Origin: Octopus sinensis
Taxonomy: Eukaryota
Direction of reading: 5' to 3'
Length of the DNA: 64,000 nucleotides
NCBI RefSeq assembly: GCF_006345805.1
Contig: NC_043014.1
Coordinates: forward strand, 31,434,001-31,498,000
The position numbers were made by a program, and so were the translations under genes. Under the pieces are notes generated by a model, which was not told where the DNA came from, ran no database searches, and was given only the letters and a program-made list of their open reading frames with translations. This document shows, piece after piece, positions 1 through 13,082 of this stretch. The number at the start of each line of letters is the position of its first letter. Position 1 is the stretch's first letter.

Positions 1-1383
1 TGTGCAGGTTGTTCAGCAAGAAATTACAGACTGGCTTTCCTTGGATGAAGACTATCATTATTATTATTATCATTATTATTATTATTATATATTCCTCATT
101 TCAGACCCAATGTTAAATAGATAAATATGTTAAAAAAGAAAAATGCTAATTAATTACCTAATACATTCATTAATTCATGATCAAAATATCCTCTACAAGT
201 GATAGCTAAACTATTGTATATCAGTCAGTATGTGATTGATATCTCCCATCTGTAAAATTAATATCAGCTACATCAACGAAAATGGAAACAGAAGATTAAA
301 ATAATTGGAAAATAAAAATGAGAAGAAATCAATAGCAACTCCATATTTTTTTTTCAAATTTGTCTTTAATTAGCATACTCCTATTAATATACACTTTGTC
401 TCTTAATTAATATACGCTAAAATACCACACATTTGAGTTGGATAATTTTATGGCTATTTTTCTTTTCTTTTTTTTTTGTTTCTTTCTTTTTAATTGACTA
501 ATTTTACAGTAAATTTTCAAAAGAGCATAAACACAACAAAATAGACACACCAAATGCATCATTACTAAATTTTGCACTTTTTTTTTTTTATCAACTAATT
601 TCATATTGTAACTTCAAAACAAGCAGGAAAAAAAACCAACCCAAAAAGCAAAGCAAAGGCAAAAAACAAAACAAATCGAATCAAAAGCTTACAAAGAGTC
701 TATTAGTGCCAATTATTGTTTTGTTATTAACTAATATCATATCATAACAAAAATACATAAGAGAAAAAAAAAGAAGAAAAAGGAATACATAAAGGGTAAA
801 TTACTAACAATTGAATTGTTTTTAATTTTAATTATGAGTGACTTTTTTCTTTGCTGTTGTTATTGTGAGCACAACTAATTTAACTGCAATCTATCTCAAT
901 GCAAAATGAGATAATGATGTATTATCGTTACTGTTGTTATTATTTTTAATTTTATTACTATTGTTGTATGATTGCATTATTTTTGTTGTGCTGATAAAAC
1001 AAAAGATTTCATTCAAGCCAATATATTTCAGCTATAACATCTGTTTTGCTGTTGGCATCAGATTTCGGTAAAGAGCTGGATAAAAACCCACTTCAAGAAA
1101 AAAAAAAAAAAAAGGACAAAGAAAGATGTGAATTGTGAATTGCAGTTGTAACTCCACACCACTTTGCACCCCTCTCTATCCATGTCTATGATAGTAAAAA
1201 AAAAAAAAATAGTGAGTTAGATATAGGTTTAGCTTTTGCATAAATAGTTGGGATTGAATGCAGAAACTAAAGGTTAGGGGCCATTGCTATGAAGTATTGA
1301 CTAATCCCACTTCATTGTACACATACCTACTCTCTCTCTCTCTCTCTCTCTCTCTGCTGATACATTCAATAAGACTTTGGTTT

Positions 1384-1572
1384 ATCATCATCGTCATCAT
1401 CCTATAACATCTGTTTTCCATACTGGCATGGTTTGGATGGTCTGACTGGAGCTGGCAAGCCAGAGAGCTGCACCAGGTTCCAGTTCAATTTGGCCTGGTT
1501 TCTACGGTTGGATGCTCTTCCTAACGCCAGCCACTTTACAATGTATGCTGGGTGCTTTTTAAGTGGCAATGC
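1384..1572 (-). mobile_element. SINE family E fragment ((GAT)n-tailed)
   Basis: CATCATCATC...TTTCCATACTGGCATGGTTTGGATGG...GGATGCTCTTCCTAACGCCAGCCAC. Same motif recurs at about 13790-13980, 17825-17965, 46829-47020, 49645-49795, 50822-50942, 52375-52575 and 59690-60145. Confidence 0.75.
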
Positions 1573-2232
1573 ATATATTTAATGATAGTGGTGGTGGGTG
1601 TATAGTCACTTATGCCAATCTCAGTATTTTATTTTGTCTATGGAAAGAAGAAAGCCAAAATCAACCACAGCAGGATTTGAGCTTGAGTTGTAAAGGGCTG
1701 TAAATGTTTAATAATAAAAGTAAATGCAATCAGAATGAGAAATCAATTATTACAGATAATAAACAACAGTCAAATTATCTGGTGTTTACCCATTTATTTA
1801 TTCTAGCATCAGTGCAATGCTTTCTTGTAAATCTAGCTATTCCAGATTGATGGAAATAAATGCCCTTTCTCCCTCCCTGTTTTTTTTAATGCAAACATTG
1901 AAAACGGAAGTCAAATCCTCTAGTTAGTCAGGTAGACTGAACAAGCAAAGTTATAAAACCTTGACCAGCAACAAATTACAGTAAATGTACAGTTAAGTTC
2001 TGAGATGTTGGTATTCAACAAGAGCAAACATTCTAAAGCAGATCAGACACAGTAAGGGTACGTGAAGTAAGAGTACATGAAGTGAGTTCAGGAATGACTG
2101 AACAAGTTACAGGATTTCAGAGATGTATTTGCCTGGTAAGTGATTTGATCTGAGATTGTGTGTTGAAACTAAAACAATTACAGGATGGAAGATAAGTATT
2201 AGCCTTTCAAAAGCGCAAAGACTTAAATTCAC

Positions 2233-2462
2233 TTAATCTGTTAGCATTTAAACCGGCCATATCCAGCCAAAATATTCAACCTGTTTTATCTTCAAATTGG
2301 CCAGATCTGGTCTCTTAAACTTACTCAAACATACTATTCTAAAAATAAACAATCGTGTCAGTGAAATCTCAAAGCTACAAGGTAATGCATGACAAATTCA
2401 AAAACAATGTGAATAAATTACACATTACATTTGATAGAGTAATCTGAATGCTAAATGGTTAA
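2233..2462 (+). mobile_element. piggyBac-type MITE family F (about 225 bp)
   Basis: TTAA at both ends and degenerate TIR related to CCCTTTAGCATT/AATGCTAAAGGG. Internal sequence shared with five other copies in the window. Confidence 0.75.
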
Positions 2463-3044
2463 ACCTTCATTATTTGGTGTTGAAATTTTTGGCGCATCAA
2501 TTATGACAAAGTTCCACTACATTTATGTTCAGCTCAAAATGTTCTTTTCTTTCTTTCTTTTTTTGTGGTGTAGCTAGAGGAAGAAGGACAGCACCCATAA
2601 CTTTTTTTAGGGTCTCCAAGATCGGTTGGAAGTAGAGAGGAAGTTATTCTCAGACCAGACACATTCTTTACACAGTGGACTATATTTAAAAGCTAAGTAG
2701 TAATGTCAAACTGGACAATGAATTAACTTTACAACCCAATCATAGGAGAGGTCCCCTTCCACACAGTTTGTTTAATAAATTTCATTCATAAGGCTTTCAT
2801 CAGACTGAACTTATGGTACAAGATACCCTAAGTGCTCTGCACTGGGACTGAGCTTAAAACCATGTAGTTTTGAAGCAAACTTCTTAATCACATGGCTCTG
2901 ACTGAGCAACAAAGTGGTTAAAATAAATATCTCTTAAGTTATAAAGCATGTTAAGTACCAGTTTAAAGCTTCAGTTTAAAGTGAATGAGAACTAAAACTC
3001 TTCCTTGATAGGAAACTAGTCTATGTAGATCATCAGTAGCATAC

Positions 3045-3114
3045 CTAAAGTGATCTTGTATCCATTTCCAGATAGCCAGGCAAACTAAAGCAATGCAGAA
3101 TAGAGTTTCCTACA
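3045..3114 (-). other. candidate 70-nt exon (uncertain, possibly non-coding)
   Basis: Minus strand TTGTTTCAG|TGTAGG...ACTTTAG|GTATGC. The longest frame (VGNSILHCFSLPGYLEMDTRSL) ends in a stop at the donor. Confidence 0.2.
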
Positions 3115-3706
3115 CTGAAACAACAGAATTCTCTCTGACAGAGGATTTTCAATTCATGAGCACAGGATGTGTAGTCCAACCACCTAATCTATTCATTGAA
3201 ACAATTAGCATTACATTTTGTGCTATTTAGTAATGAGCTCTATCATAAAGACCTAGAAAGAAAGAAAGATGTATTTTACCAAAGCAAATTACAATCCTGC
3301 CTTTGCCTTTGCTGGATATAATGGTTTATAACATTCTACGCATACACACATGTGCACATATATGTAGATACAAGCAATAATCAATTGAAAGTAAAATAAC
3401 AGCTACTATTTTTCTTTGCTTGCAAAAGTGGAAATTGCAAACTTCACAACTCCAACTGTCACATTAGGCATACTTGTATGGTACACTCCTACTTGCTCAC
3501 CATACACTTACAAGAAACAACAACAAGGCGCAGTATCATAGAACTCAGATCAAAACCAATTAAAAAAACATTTGTAAACAACATATCTATATTCTAAGAA
3601 TTTTTCACAGAAACAGGTGATTAATGTTAGAAACAGTACTCATAGCACAACACAATGTTAAAATGAAGACAGACAACACGCACTATTCATAAACAAAACG
3701 AAACAC

Positions 3707-3843
3707 CTGACTGATGACTTGTAACATCTAAAAGGTCAAAATTCACAGTCTGTTAGTAATATCTACAATGAATCACATTGGCCCTGCTTACTGGCAAAGA
3801 AGCAACAACAGTCAGACAACATAATCTGCCTGTGGACGAGAAG
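3707..3843 (-). other. two candidate small exons (3792-3843, 3707-3727) separated by a 64-nt intron-like segment
   Basis: Minus strand GTAAGC donor at 3791, TACTAAC at 3752-3758 and TTTTGACCTTTTAG acceptor at 3728. No recognisable protein. Confidence 0.25.
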
Positions 3844-5743
3844 CTGAAAGTCTAGAAATGTTGATGTATTTTAAAATGTTATTGTTCCAAAGAAACTACA
3901 AGAACTGCATAGAAAACTATGAGACAACCTTGATAAACGAGATAAAATTATGACATAGTAGAGCTTTGAATGCAACACACATACATGTGCATGTGTGTGT
4001 TTGTGCACATGTGCATGTGCATATGAGTAAGTAGCTAATTAAGTTACAAGGTGAATTAGCAAGATTACAAAGATATTGCCACAGACTAGGAATCAACAAA
4101 ATATTCTGAAACAGTAAATTAGCAATATGGGCTCAAATTGCAATTTAGTAAAGGAGTTGCCAAGTTAGCATTATTGTTAAAGTCTACAAATTATCAGCAA
4201 GGATGGAAAGAATCTTTAAATTAACAGTATCCTTGAGGCATATTAATTAGCTTCATAGAAATGGCCTATATGATAGTAATATATGAACAATAGGGTGAAA
4301 TTGTTAAATTACTAGAATTTAAATTAGAAAATAAATACGATCCAAAGTTAGTGAATGATTTAATATAATTAAAAGAACAACAATTAGTAAATATATATAT
4401 ATATATATATAAAAAGAAAAATCCATATACACTTTTAGAACATTTGATATAAAACTTCACATATGCACACACAACAATACTCGCTATGTAATATCACACA
4501 CATATATGCACGCAAACATACACACGGATTTTTAAAGAGATGAATAATGAAACAAAGCCGTCTAAAATATAAACAAATAAATAAATGCTAGACATCTCCA
4601 AGATGTTTTTCAATGAGCTTGGATGGAGTTCTTCATTAGATGACAAGGCTTAACATCTGCCACAAGCACCACTTTAATTACAGTCTGTCTGTCTGTCTTC
4701 TATCTCCTCCAATATTACACACCCACTGCATCTCCCCCACAACACATGCACCTCCTATTGTCTTCAGATTTTCATCCTCACCTCCATACACCTTCACCTA
4801 TTATCATCCAGGCCTCTAACATGTTCTCCAGGTGCTACTTCTCCTCCTATTGACAATGAGAGGTGGGGGGACAGAGGTAGGGAGGGAGGAAGGTAGGAAG
4901 ATGGAGGAAGTGGTAGAATATCTTTGCCTATTGTTTTCTTTCCAAAGGAGAATTAAAAACTAAACCAACAACAATAAAACATGAAAAAAAAAACCCCTCC
5001 AACAAATAACAATTATGGTAATTATTTTTATTACATGGAGAAACAGATACACAAAACACACACACACACAAAGGCACTATAAGAAGAAGAAACATTATTA
5101 AAGACAGTGGAATCCATCAAGAATCATAAGTTGAACTATTCAGGGGTATGGAATTAGCCAAGGTGAAAAAGTGGGTGGCTATTTGCAAGCTGGAATAAAT
5201 ACTTTAGAATATGTGAGACTTGATCCAACTATCTGGAGGACTGTGCATGCATGGACATGTGTATGTATGTGAGACTGCATATGTATGTGTATGTATCTAC
5301 ACATGCACACAGATATACATACATAGATATAAACATACTCACTCTGCTAAAAGACAGTTGTTCTTAAGCACCAAGTCAGTTCTAATCAAACAGATCTACG
5401 TTCAAAGTTATCTGAGTTATGACCATTCCAACTTTTTTTTTAATTCTTCTAGGCACAGAATATGTCAAACTACATTATTTAATATAGACCTTTTTATTTC
5501 AAGTCATAAGCATGTGTGTGTGTGTGATTTGAGGGAGATTTGGTTATTTTTGTAAGTGGAGGCCGTTGCACTGACTTGTTTAATAGTTAATAGCGCTACC
5601 AATCAAACCTTTCAAGACATTTGATTGAGATAGAGATTCCATCACCACATTAGTAGGCCCAGTGTGGCTGTCTATAAGACTTCAGAATTGGATACAGAAC
5701 ATTGTAGAATATGTCAATATAGCCCCAACAGATAATTTAACCC

Positions 5744-5841
5744 TTAACCCTTCAACATTTAAATTCGCCATAGCCAACCCAAATATTCTACTTGTTTTAT
5801 GGTTAAACTGACCAGAGTAATCTGAATGCCAAAGGGGGTAA
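5744..5841 (+). mobile_element. internally deleted copy of MITE family F
   Basis: TTAACCCTTCAACATTT...GAGTAATCTGAATGCCAAAGGGG matches both ends of family F with the middle missing. Confidence 0.65.
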
Positions 5842-6621
5842 ACGGCAGACATAATCAAAGGAAAGTGAATATTTTATGGCACTTTTTCATAATGAAATTG
5901 TAAATTTTATTGAGCAAGAGACTAAAAGTTGTTGTAGTTTTTTGTACTTTAAATAAGTAGAAAAATTACCCATAAGCAAAGGAGATATTTTTTGTTTCTG
6001 CCTGCTTGTTACACACATTCATACAACTTTTATTGTTGTTTAAAGTTAAAAGGCCAAGGTGTATAGCTCTGATATAAATACACCCATCGCCCAAGCCCAA
6101 TAGTCCTTGGACGAGTACTGCAAAATTATAATTTTGCTTGTTCATTGGTTAACATGTTACTTTTTAGTTTGCTAGAGAGAGGGGAGTTAGAGTGACAAAA
6201 GGGGAGGGAGGATGAGGGTGAGCCAGAGGAAGGGCAGGAAAGGTGAGTGAACTGAAAGCCAGCTGATGCAATATGCTGTCACTTACATGGCTAGTGGAAG
6301 TGAGAGGTAAAGAGAAAAAGAGAAATGTTAACAAGAGAGAGAGATAAGGTATTTAGCAGAAGGAAATTTTAAAATCATATATTACTGTGACTTAGCAAAA
6401 TAGCAGTGCATGTTGTTTTTTAAATTTGCAATGGAATTGAAACTAATCATGTAAATAAAAACTTCGTGTATATTCTCCATACCATTTTGTGTATATCAAT
6501 TGTATATAATGTAAAATATTTATGATAAAATATTGTGTAATAAGGAATATGCAATTATATATTGATCTTGCAGTTTCAATAGAATTAAATATGAATGAAT
6601 GATATGTATATTAAATATTAC

Positions 6622-7120
6622 ATAGATTGTTATTGCATATTTTTCTATCATTTATTGCGCAGGCAACAATAAGATTTATATGCAATAAAAATGCAAATCA
6701 TCCTTGCTTTCTTAAATAGTTCCTCTTAATTTTTTGTCTTCTGTGAAATTTCCACAGGTCATGCTTATAATAATAATATTATAAATTCATAATAGTTATA
6801 TATATATATAGAGAGGGGGGGGGGACATGTAGAGGATCACCTAAAATGTAACTCCTCAGGCAAAGATTAAAAAATATTTCAGTATGTAAGCTGCATAGTA
6901 TCTATAGCATTATGGGGAAACAAAGTCAGTGGTGGTGGGTAGGTATAGGGTACACTTGTGTAGGTATGACAAGTATTGTATGGATTGTTATTGTATATTT
7001 TTGTATCATTTATTGCACAAGCAACAATAAGATTAATATGCAATAAAAATGCTAATCGCCTTTTCTTTTTTTAAAGAGCTTCTCTTAACTTTTTTTGTTT
7101 TATGGAATTTCCACAGGTCC
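6622..7120 (+). repeat. local direct duplication of about 140 bp (6622-6760 and 6980-7120)
   Basis: ATAGATTGTTATTGCATATTTTTCTATCATTTATTGCGCAGGCAACAATAAGATT...AATTTCCACAGGTC is repeated with scattered substitutions. Confidence 0.9.
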
Positions 7121-7230
7121 CACTAGTTTTCTTTTGTTTCTTTGAATGGTTTCTGCAGCACACTAGGTTATATATATATGTAAAGAGGCTGCTATACCCT
7201 AATTAGCATTCTCATTTGAATGACAATAAC

Positions 7231-7449
7231 TATAAGGGGGTGCCGAAAAGTTCCTGATTTTAAGGGTATTGTGAAAGGCCTGGTTGGAGGCCCAACCTTC
7301 TGAGTTCTTTTACAGGGCTTAGAAAAACTGAAGGATTGCTGCAATAAATGTGTGAATTCAAAGGGATTATGTTGAATAAAATCATAATTAACTGATCCTC
7401 CTGTATTTTCTTTTGTCCAAGGCCAGGAACTATTCAGCACCTTCTTGTA
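7231..7449 (+). mobile_element. mariner deletion derivative
   Basis: Imperfect TIRs (GGTGCCGAAAAGTTCCTG / CAGGAACTATTCAGCACC) with TA at the ends. Interior retains GGATTATGTTGAATAA, reading like the mariner transposase C-terminus (KCV..KGDYVE*) with a frameshift. Confidence 0.75.
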
Positions 7450-7985
7450 GGTGGAGATCAGCCAATTCTGAGAGCAATTGTGTGTGTAGGGGGACGGGAT
7501 CATCCCTAGCATTTGAGTGTACTCTATTTCATTGGCTCCTGAAGGATGAAAAGTAAAATTGAACTCAGCACAGCAGGATTTCAGCTTAACACAGAGAGCT
7601 GAAACAAACACAGCAAAGATCTAATTCCAACACTTTAGTAATTCTGCCATTTTCCTAATAGAGCATGAGATAAATTCCTGCTACTGGAGAGAATGCTAAC
7701 CTATAGCAAATGATAACTCCATATTGTTCTGCCATGTATTCCTAGTGAAAACCAGAGATAATGTCAAATAAACTGTTTAGCCCCGAAACACACGCATGTA
7801 AGTTGATGTAACTAAATACCACAACCATTTTGTCTGTTGTTCCACTGATTCTGCTACATCCTACCAGGACTGCTGATCATCAATTTACCATTTCAGTTGT
7901 CTACAGTCTTGACCAGTGCACTACTTTACTAACCATAACATTATTAAATAATGATGATGATGATAATAATAATAATAATAATAAT

Positions 7986-8088
7986 ATATAAAGGATTGAC
8001 GTAACTCCTCCAGAAGATATAGAGTTAAAATTAAAAGGAGAGTGTCATTGTCATTTGGTGACAATGGAGTTACCTCAATCATTTATAT
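7986..8088. mobile_element. 103-bp MITE-like hairpin element
   Basis: 23-bp terminal inverted repeat ATATAAA(G/T)GATTGA(C/G)GTAACTCC with 2 mismatches, plus internal CATTGTCA/TGACAATG hairpin. Confidence 0.6.
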
Positions 8089-8207
8089 ATTAACCAAAAT
8101 GAAGTAGATTGACAAATTTATTTTTTGAACCTATTGAAGACACACAAGAGGTCGAAATATCGTTCACTCTTCTTTTAATTTTGACTTTTAACAACAACAA
8201 CAACAAA

Positions 8208-8420
8208 TCCTTTCTGCTATATTCACAAGGCCTGGAATTTTGGGAAACGGGACTAATTGATTAAAGTGATCCCAGTGTTCAACTGGTACTTATTTCATCA
8301 ACACCGCAAAGATGAAAGGCAAAATCAGCTTTGGTAGAATTTGAACTCAGAATGTGAAGAAGGACAAAATGCACTCAGCATTTTGCTTGGCATGCTAATG
8401 ATTCTGCCAGCTTGCAACTT
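8208..8420 (-). mobile_element. older family-A-related tRNA-type SINE
   Basis: Reverse complement has GCTGGCAGAATCATTAGCATGCC head, TTCTGAGTTCAAATT B-box-like motif and GGCCTTGTG...AGAAAGGA tail. Relatives at about 16555-16740, 17545-17760, 26490-26960 and 27700-27860. Confidence 0.7.
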
Positions 8421-8435
8421 TAACAAATGATGATA

Positions 8436-8474
<39 letters not shown>

Positions 8475-8920
8475 GTCCTGATGCAGTACCAGGCAGTGGC
8501 TCTTGTGGCATCTGATCTTAACTGACTGGAAGTGTTATCATGTACATTGTTTTGTCTTGGTAGAAAAAATAGGCTACAGCAAATATTCTGCTCAATAGCA
8601 CAGATTTGCTAGTCAGTTGCTTGACCATAACCAGTTGAGTATGTCCCTTGGTGGCTGATGATATGTGCATCTTTAATCATGAGCAGAAGTAGTAGGGGAG
8701 CATCATAGCCATGTACTGAGAGGAATTCTTTGGGGTTTGTATAATTAACCTTTAAAAACATGGGTGTTTTGTTCAACATCCTTAAACAACCCTTATTTAG
8801 GGACCTTTTGAGTGGGATGGGCCATTCAACCTGAAGAAAATTCTAACTGGAGCCCCATCTGCAAGGTCACACACAGTAAATCTTGATATGAAATTACCAT
8901 GTTGTGCACATATATATATA

Positions 8921-9226
8921 TGTGGAGGCGCAATGGCCCAGTGGTTAGGGCAGTGGACTCGCAGTCGTAGGATCGTGGTTTCGATTTCCAGACTGGGCGT
9001 TGTGAGTATTTATTGAGCAAAAACACCTAAAGCTCCACGAGGCTCTGGCAGTGGGTGGTGGCAATCCCTGCTGTAATCTTTCGCCACAACTTTCTCTCAC
9101 TCTTTCTTCTATAGGCCTGCTTGCTTAGCCAGCGGAGTGGCATCATTTGAAGGCTAAAACAATGCAAAGCACATTGTGACCAGCGATGTGTAGCAACATC
9201 TGATAGCCTGGTCGGTCACGGTGATC
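8921..9226 (+). mobile_element. tRNA-derived SINE family C
   Basis: A-box-like TGGCCCAGTGG and B-box-like GGTTTCGATTTCC. Close homology to 44073-44371 and 53392-53645; (TA)n on both flanks. Confidence 0.85.
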
Positions 9227-9260
9227 ATGGTGCTATAAATATATATATATATATATATAT

Positions 9261-9594
9261 CTGAGACCCCCTTCGGTCATGACTGACCATGGGATTGCAC
9301 CTAGAAAGTTACCCTTCCAGGCACAAGTCTGGGCAAAGTTGTTCATGGAAGACCAGCAGTCGCCCATGCATATCGGCCTCCCCTTACCATACTACCAGTG
9401 TTATCCAAGGGAAAGGCCGATACAGCTTGGCACCTGTGACATCACAACTCATTTCTACAGCTGAGTGAACTGGAGCAACGTGAGATAAAGTGTCTTGCTC
9501 AAGAACACAACACGCAGCCCGATCTGGGATTCAAACTCACAACCTCAAGATCGTAAGCTTGATGCTCTAACCACTGAGCCATGCGCCTTCACAT
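9261..9594 (-). mobile_element. tRNA-derived SINE family D
   Basis: Reverse complement starts ATGTGAAGGCGCATGGCTCAGTGGTTAGAGC and contains GTGTTCTTGAGCAAGACACTT, shared with 41336-41580. Confidence 0.8.
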
Positions 9595-11519
9595 ATACTC
9601 TTTTACTTGTTTCAGTCATTTGACTGTGGCCATGCTGGAGCACCGCCTTTAGTCGAGCACATCAATCGCAGGACTTATTCTTTGTAAGCCTAGTACTTAT
9701 TCTAATGGTCTCCGAACCACTCTGTATATATATTACTACCTCCATAACATAATTTCATGATCCAGTAAACGGAAGAAACAGAATAAGTACTAAATTTCAA
9801 AAATATATACTGGGGTCAATTTACTCAACTAAACCCTTCAGGACAATGCCCCAGTATGGTCACATTTAATGACTAAAACAAGTAAAAGACAGAAGATATC
9901 AAACAATATCTCAACATAGAAAAATATCTTGGGGGGGGGGGGCAGTTAATTTCTTTTCCTCCCAGTCAGATCATGCAGGAGTTGAGTTCAACAGTTTTTG
10001 AGTGGTACAGAGAAATGGTTTTAATGAATTAATCACCAGTAATATACCAGAGCTGATTTAATCTGCAAATACCTCCTTTCCCTTTCCCCACATTACTCAT
10101 TTGCCTAAACATGTCTTATGCCTAGTTGAAAGAAATCGATTCTCATTAGTCATACAGGAGAACAATTTGATGTAAAACCTAGAAATTCTTCTTTTTTCTG
10201 TTTTTTTTAGTGACCAACAAACAAAATTTGCAATTCAAAACTACAACTGCACCGCAATTCTTTGCAAGTGCAACTGCTTTCATAACTGCATGTACACAAG
10301 CACTTATGTGAATTTCTCTTTTGCATTGTGCCGGAGGCTTTTCAAATAGACAGCCACAACAAAACAATGCATAAGAGCACACATATGCATTTGCTCATGC
10401 TTGCTTGCACTTCAATGCACAATGTAGATGGTTAATGCAATTTGTAAAAAGGAAAAAAAGAAAAAAATTTATGCATACTCATACATATAAGAATGATTGT
10501 ACTTTTAAGTTTCATTGGGTTTACACAATAGTTAAATGATGGCAGAGGGTGGGCTGCGAATAAGAGAGGAGAGGTGAGAGAGAGAGAGAGAGAGGGAAAG
10601 AGGGAGGGAGATGGAAGATGGAAGACAGAGGAAATGGGCAGAAAAAGAGAGAGAAGGGTGGAGAAATCTAGCATATTTCTGCAAAGAAACAGCCTTAAGT
10701 GTACCGCTGAAGGGGAAACGTGAACAACAGAAGCAGTAATATAAACAACAGTATAGTAATAATGTTCTTAATCATCATCATCATCATCATCATATTCATC
10801 AAGAACAATGACCAGAAGACAAAAATTATCTAATGTGCAATAAATGAAAGAAGAGGAGGATGGACTGCTGCACAGTGGTTGTGATGGCTCTGCTGGATCC
10901 TGTTATAGTGTTGGGGATGGTGGAGGTGGTGGAGAACCAGAGGTTGACAGAAAGAAGTTTTAGAACATTAGCAACAAAGGGTGAGAAAGAAACAGCAAGG
11001 GAAAGGAGAGGAGATGGAGAAGCAGTAAAGAGAGGTAGGGAGAAAGAGGTAGAGAAAGGTAAGAATGAAGTAAGAGGGAGGGAGGGAGGGAGAGGAAAGA
11101 AGAAAAGTGCAAGTATTGAAACTTTGAAGCAAAGCATTCAAGTAGATATAATGTAGTCAAAGGAAAGGGGGCGATGGTGGATGGTGGTGGTGGTGAATGA
11201 GCAGTGGTAACATTATGAAGGGTCTTGTCATTATCCATGCCACCCCTCACCGGCCTTCACCATCGTCACTGCCACCTCAGCCATACAGTTTATTAGAGAG
11301 AGAGTTTCCAAGACAGTACAGCAACACAATGGGAAAACTTCAAAAGAATAACAAAGAGAAACCACCAATTATAGCAAGGAATGGATGGAAGATCAGGCTA
11401 AGAAATTAGGAAAGGAAAAAGGGACAAGACGGTGAGGGGTGGGGGGAAGAGTAATCAAAGAAACAAAAACAACATATAAAGACCCCTTAACATTTCCTAT
11501 TCATTGAGAACAAAAAGAT

Positions 11520-11633
11520 ATATATATATATGTGTGTATATGTATATATATGTGTGTATATATATACATATATATATATATATGCATATATATATATATA
11601 TGTATACATATATGTATACATATATATATATGC

Positions 11634-11674
<41 letters not shown>

Positions 11675-11707
11675 ATGTATACATATATATATATATATAT
11701 GCATATA

Positions 11708-11743
<36 letters not shown>

Positions 11744-11778
11744 CATACATATATACATACACACACTTATGTATTCAT

Positions 11779-11809
<31 letters not shown>

Positions 11810-11810
11810 A
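11520..11810. repeat. compound (TA)n/(CA)n microsatellite
   Basis: About 290 bp of near-continuous TA/TG/CA dinucleotides; source of several spurious YI-rich ORFs. Confidence 0.98.
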
Positions 11811-12085
11811 CCAGCAAACATGGGCTTGCACTTTCATGCAGAGGAGATCATTTATTAATCAACGCACACTAGTAGTTTACGAAGCAATTATATGTAAGCT
11901 TGCTTCAACGGAAATCACCTATCCATGTTCATTTTTAAACTCTGCCACCAGGCAAGGGGCAAGAATTTGGTAATGAAGATCAACTCTGCCACTGTATGTA
12001 TATATATGCTTACAAGGCCAAGACAGTCCAAACAGCTGAAGAAGTTGCTTGCTTACATTCTATCTGACTATAATTCATACATAGC

Positions 12086-12128
<43 letters not shown>

Positions 12129-12257
12129 CTGGTTTTCAGAGGTTATTTAGTGCTCAACACTGTCCAGCAAAGGAAAATTTGAAATGAATCCTTAAAAAAT
12201 AAGCTAGAAACACCTGAAATATTGGGGAAAAAATTATAGACAGTGATGGAAATTATA

Positions 12258-12587
12258 AGCTCACTTCTGCAACCATGTAGTTTTGGGTTCAGTTTCCCAC
12301 TGCACAGCACCTTGGGCAAGTGTCTTCTACTATAGTCTTGGGCTGATCAATCAATGCTTCAAAAATGAATTTGGTAGACAGAAACTGCATGGAAGCCTTT
12401 TGTGTGTGTGTGTGTTTGCTCTCTTCCTCCACTCTGACAAGTGTTGGTTTGTTTAAATTCCTGTAACTTAGCAGTTCCACAAAAGAAATCAATGGACAGA
12501 GAACTGGGAGTAATTTGGTTGACTAAAACCTTCAAGGCAGTGCTCCAGAATGGCCACAGTCCAATGACTAAAACAAGCAAAAGATAA
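12258..12587 (+). mobile_element. SINE family B (decayed)
   Basis: CCCACTGCACAGCACCTTGGGCAAGTGTCTTCTACTATAG...ATGGCCACAGTCCAATGACTAAAACAAG, homologous to 57068-57449. Confidence 0.8.
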
Positions 12588-13082
12588 TTATGCCAACCAA
12601 ATCTAAGATCATCGTTTCAATCTCTCTCTCACACACACACACGTATTGTATGTGTTTTACATGTGTGTGTGTGTATGTTTTGATAGAGATAAGGTGCACT
12701 TTCCACAAAATTCTTACAATAGTTTAGCAATAATGAATTAAAAGAGAATAACAGACAAGCGATGATTTAGTTTTAAGATATGAAGAAATACAGAAAAGAG
12801 ACCATAGAATAAAGAACCACACATTCTTCTTTTTGAAACGGTACAATTTGCATGCTGTCTCCAGAACAAATGCCATCATATATACATCTAAAAAGACTGT
12901 AAGGAATCTTTGGAATGTAGGTGGGGGGGAGGGAGAGAAGGAACCTATCACATGGGGCATTCACTTGTAGAATCCTGGCTTTGACAATCAATACTAATTA
13001 AACAGACTGGATGCATTCAAATCAGAATGTTTAGAAGACACAATACTAATTAAAGATCTTCTCTGGAATTTAGTTTCTTCAC

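Noticed and set aside
11497-11973. Multiple 65-147 aa ORFs rich in Y/I/C/V/H/T (also near 52850-53770, 58117-58407, 60793-61867, 63368-63580)
   Set aside because: Translations of TA/CA microsatellites, which lack stop codons.
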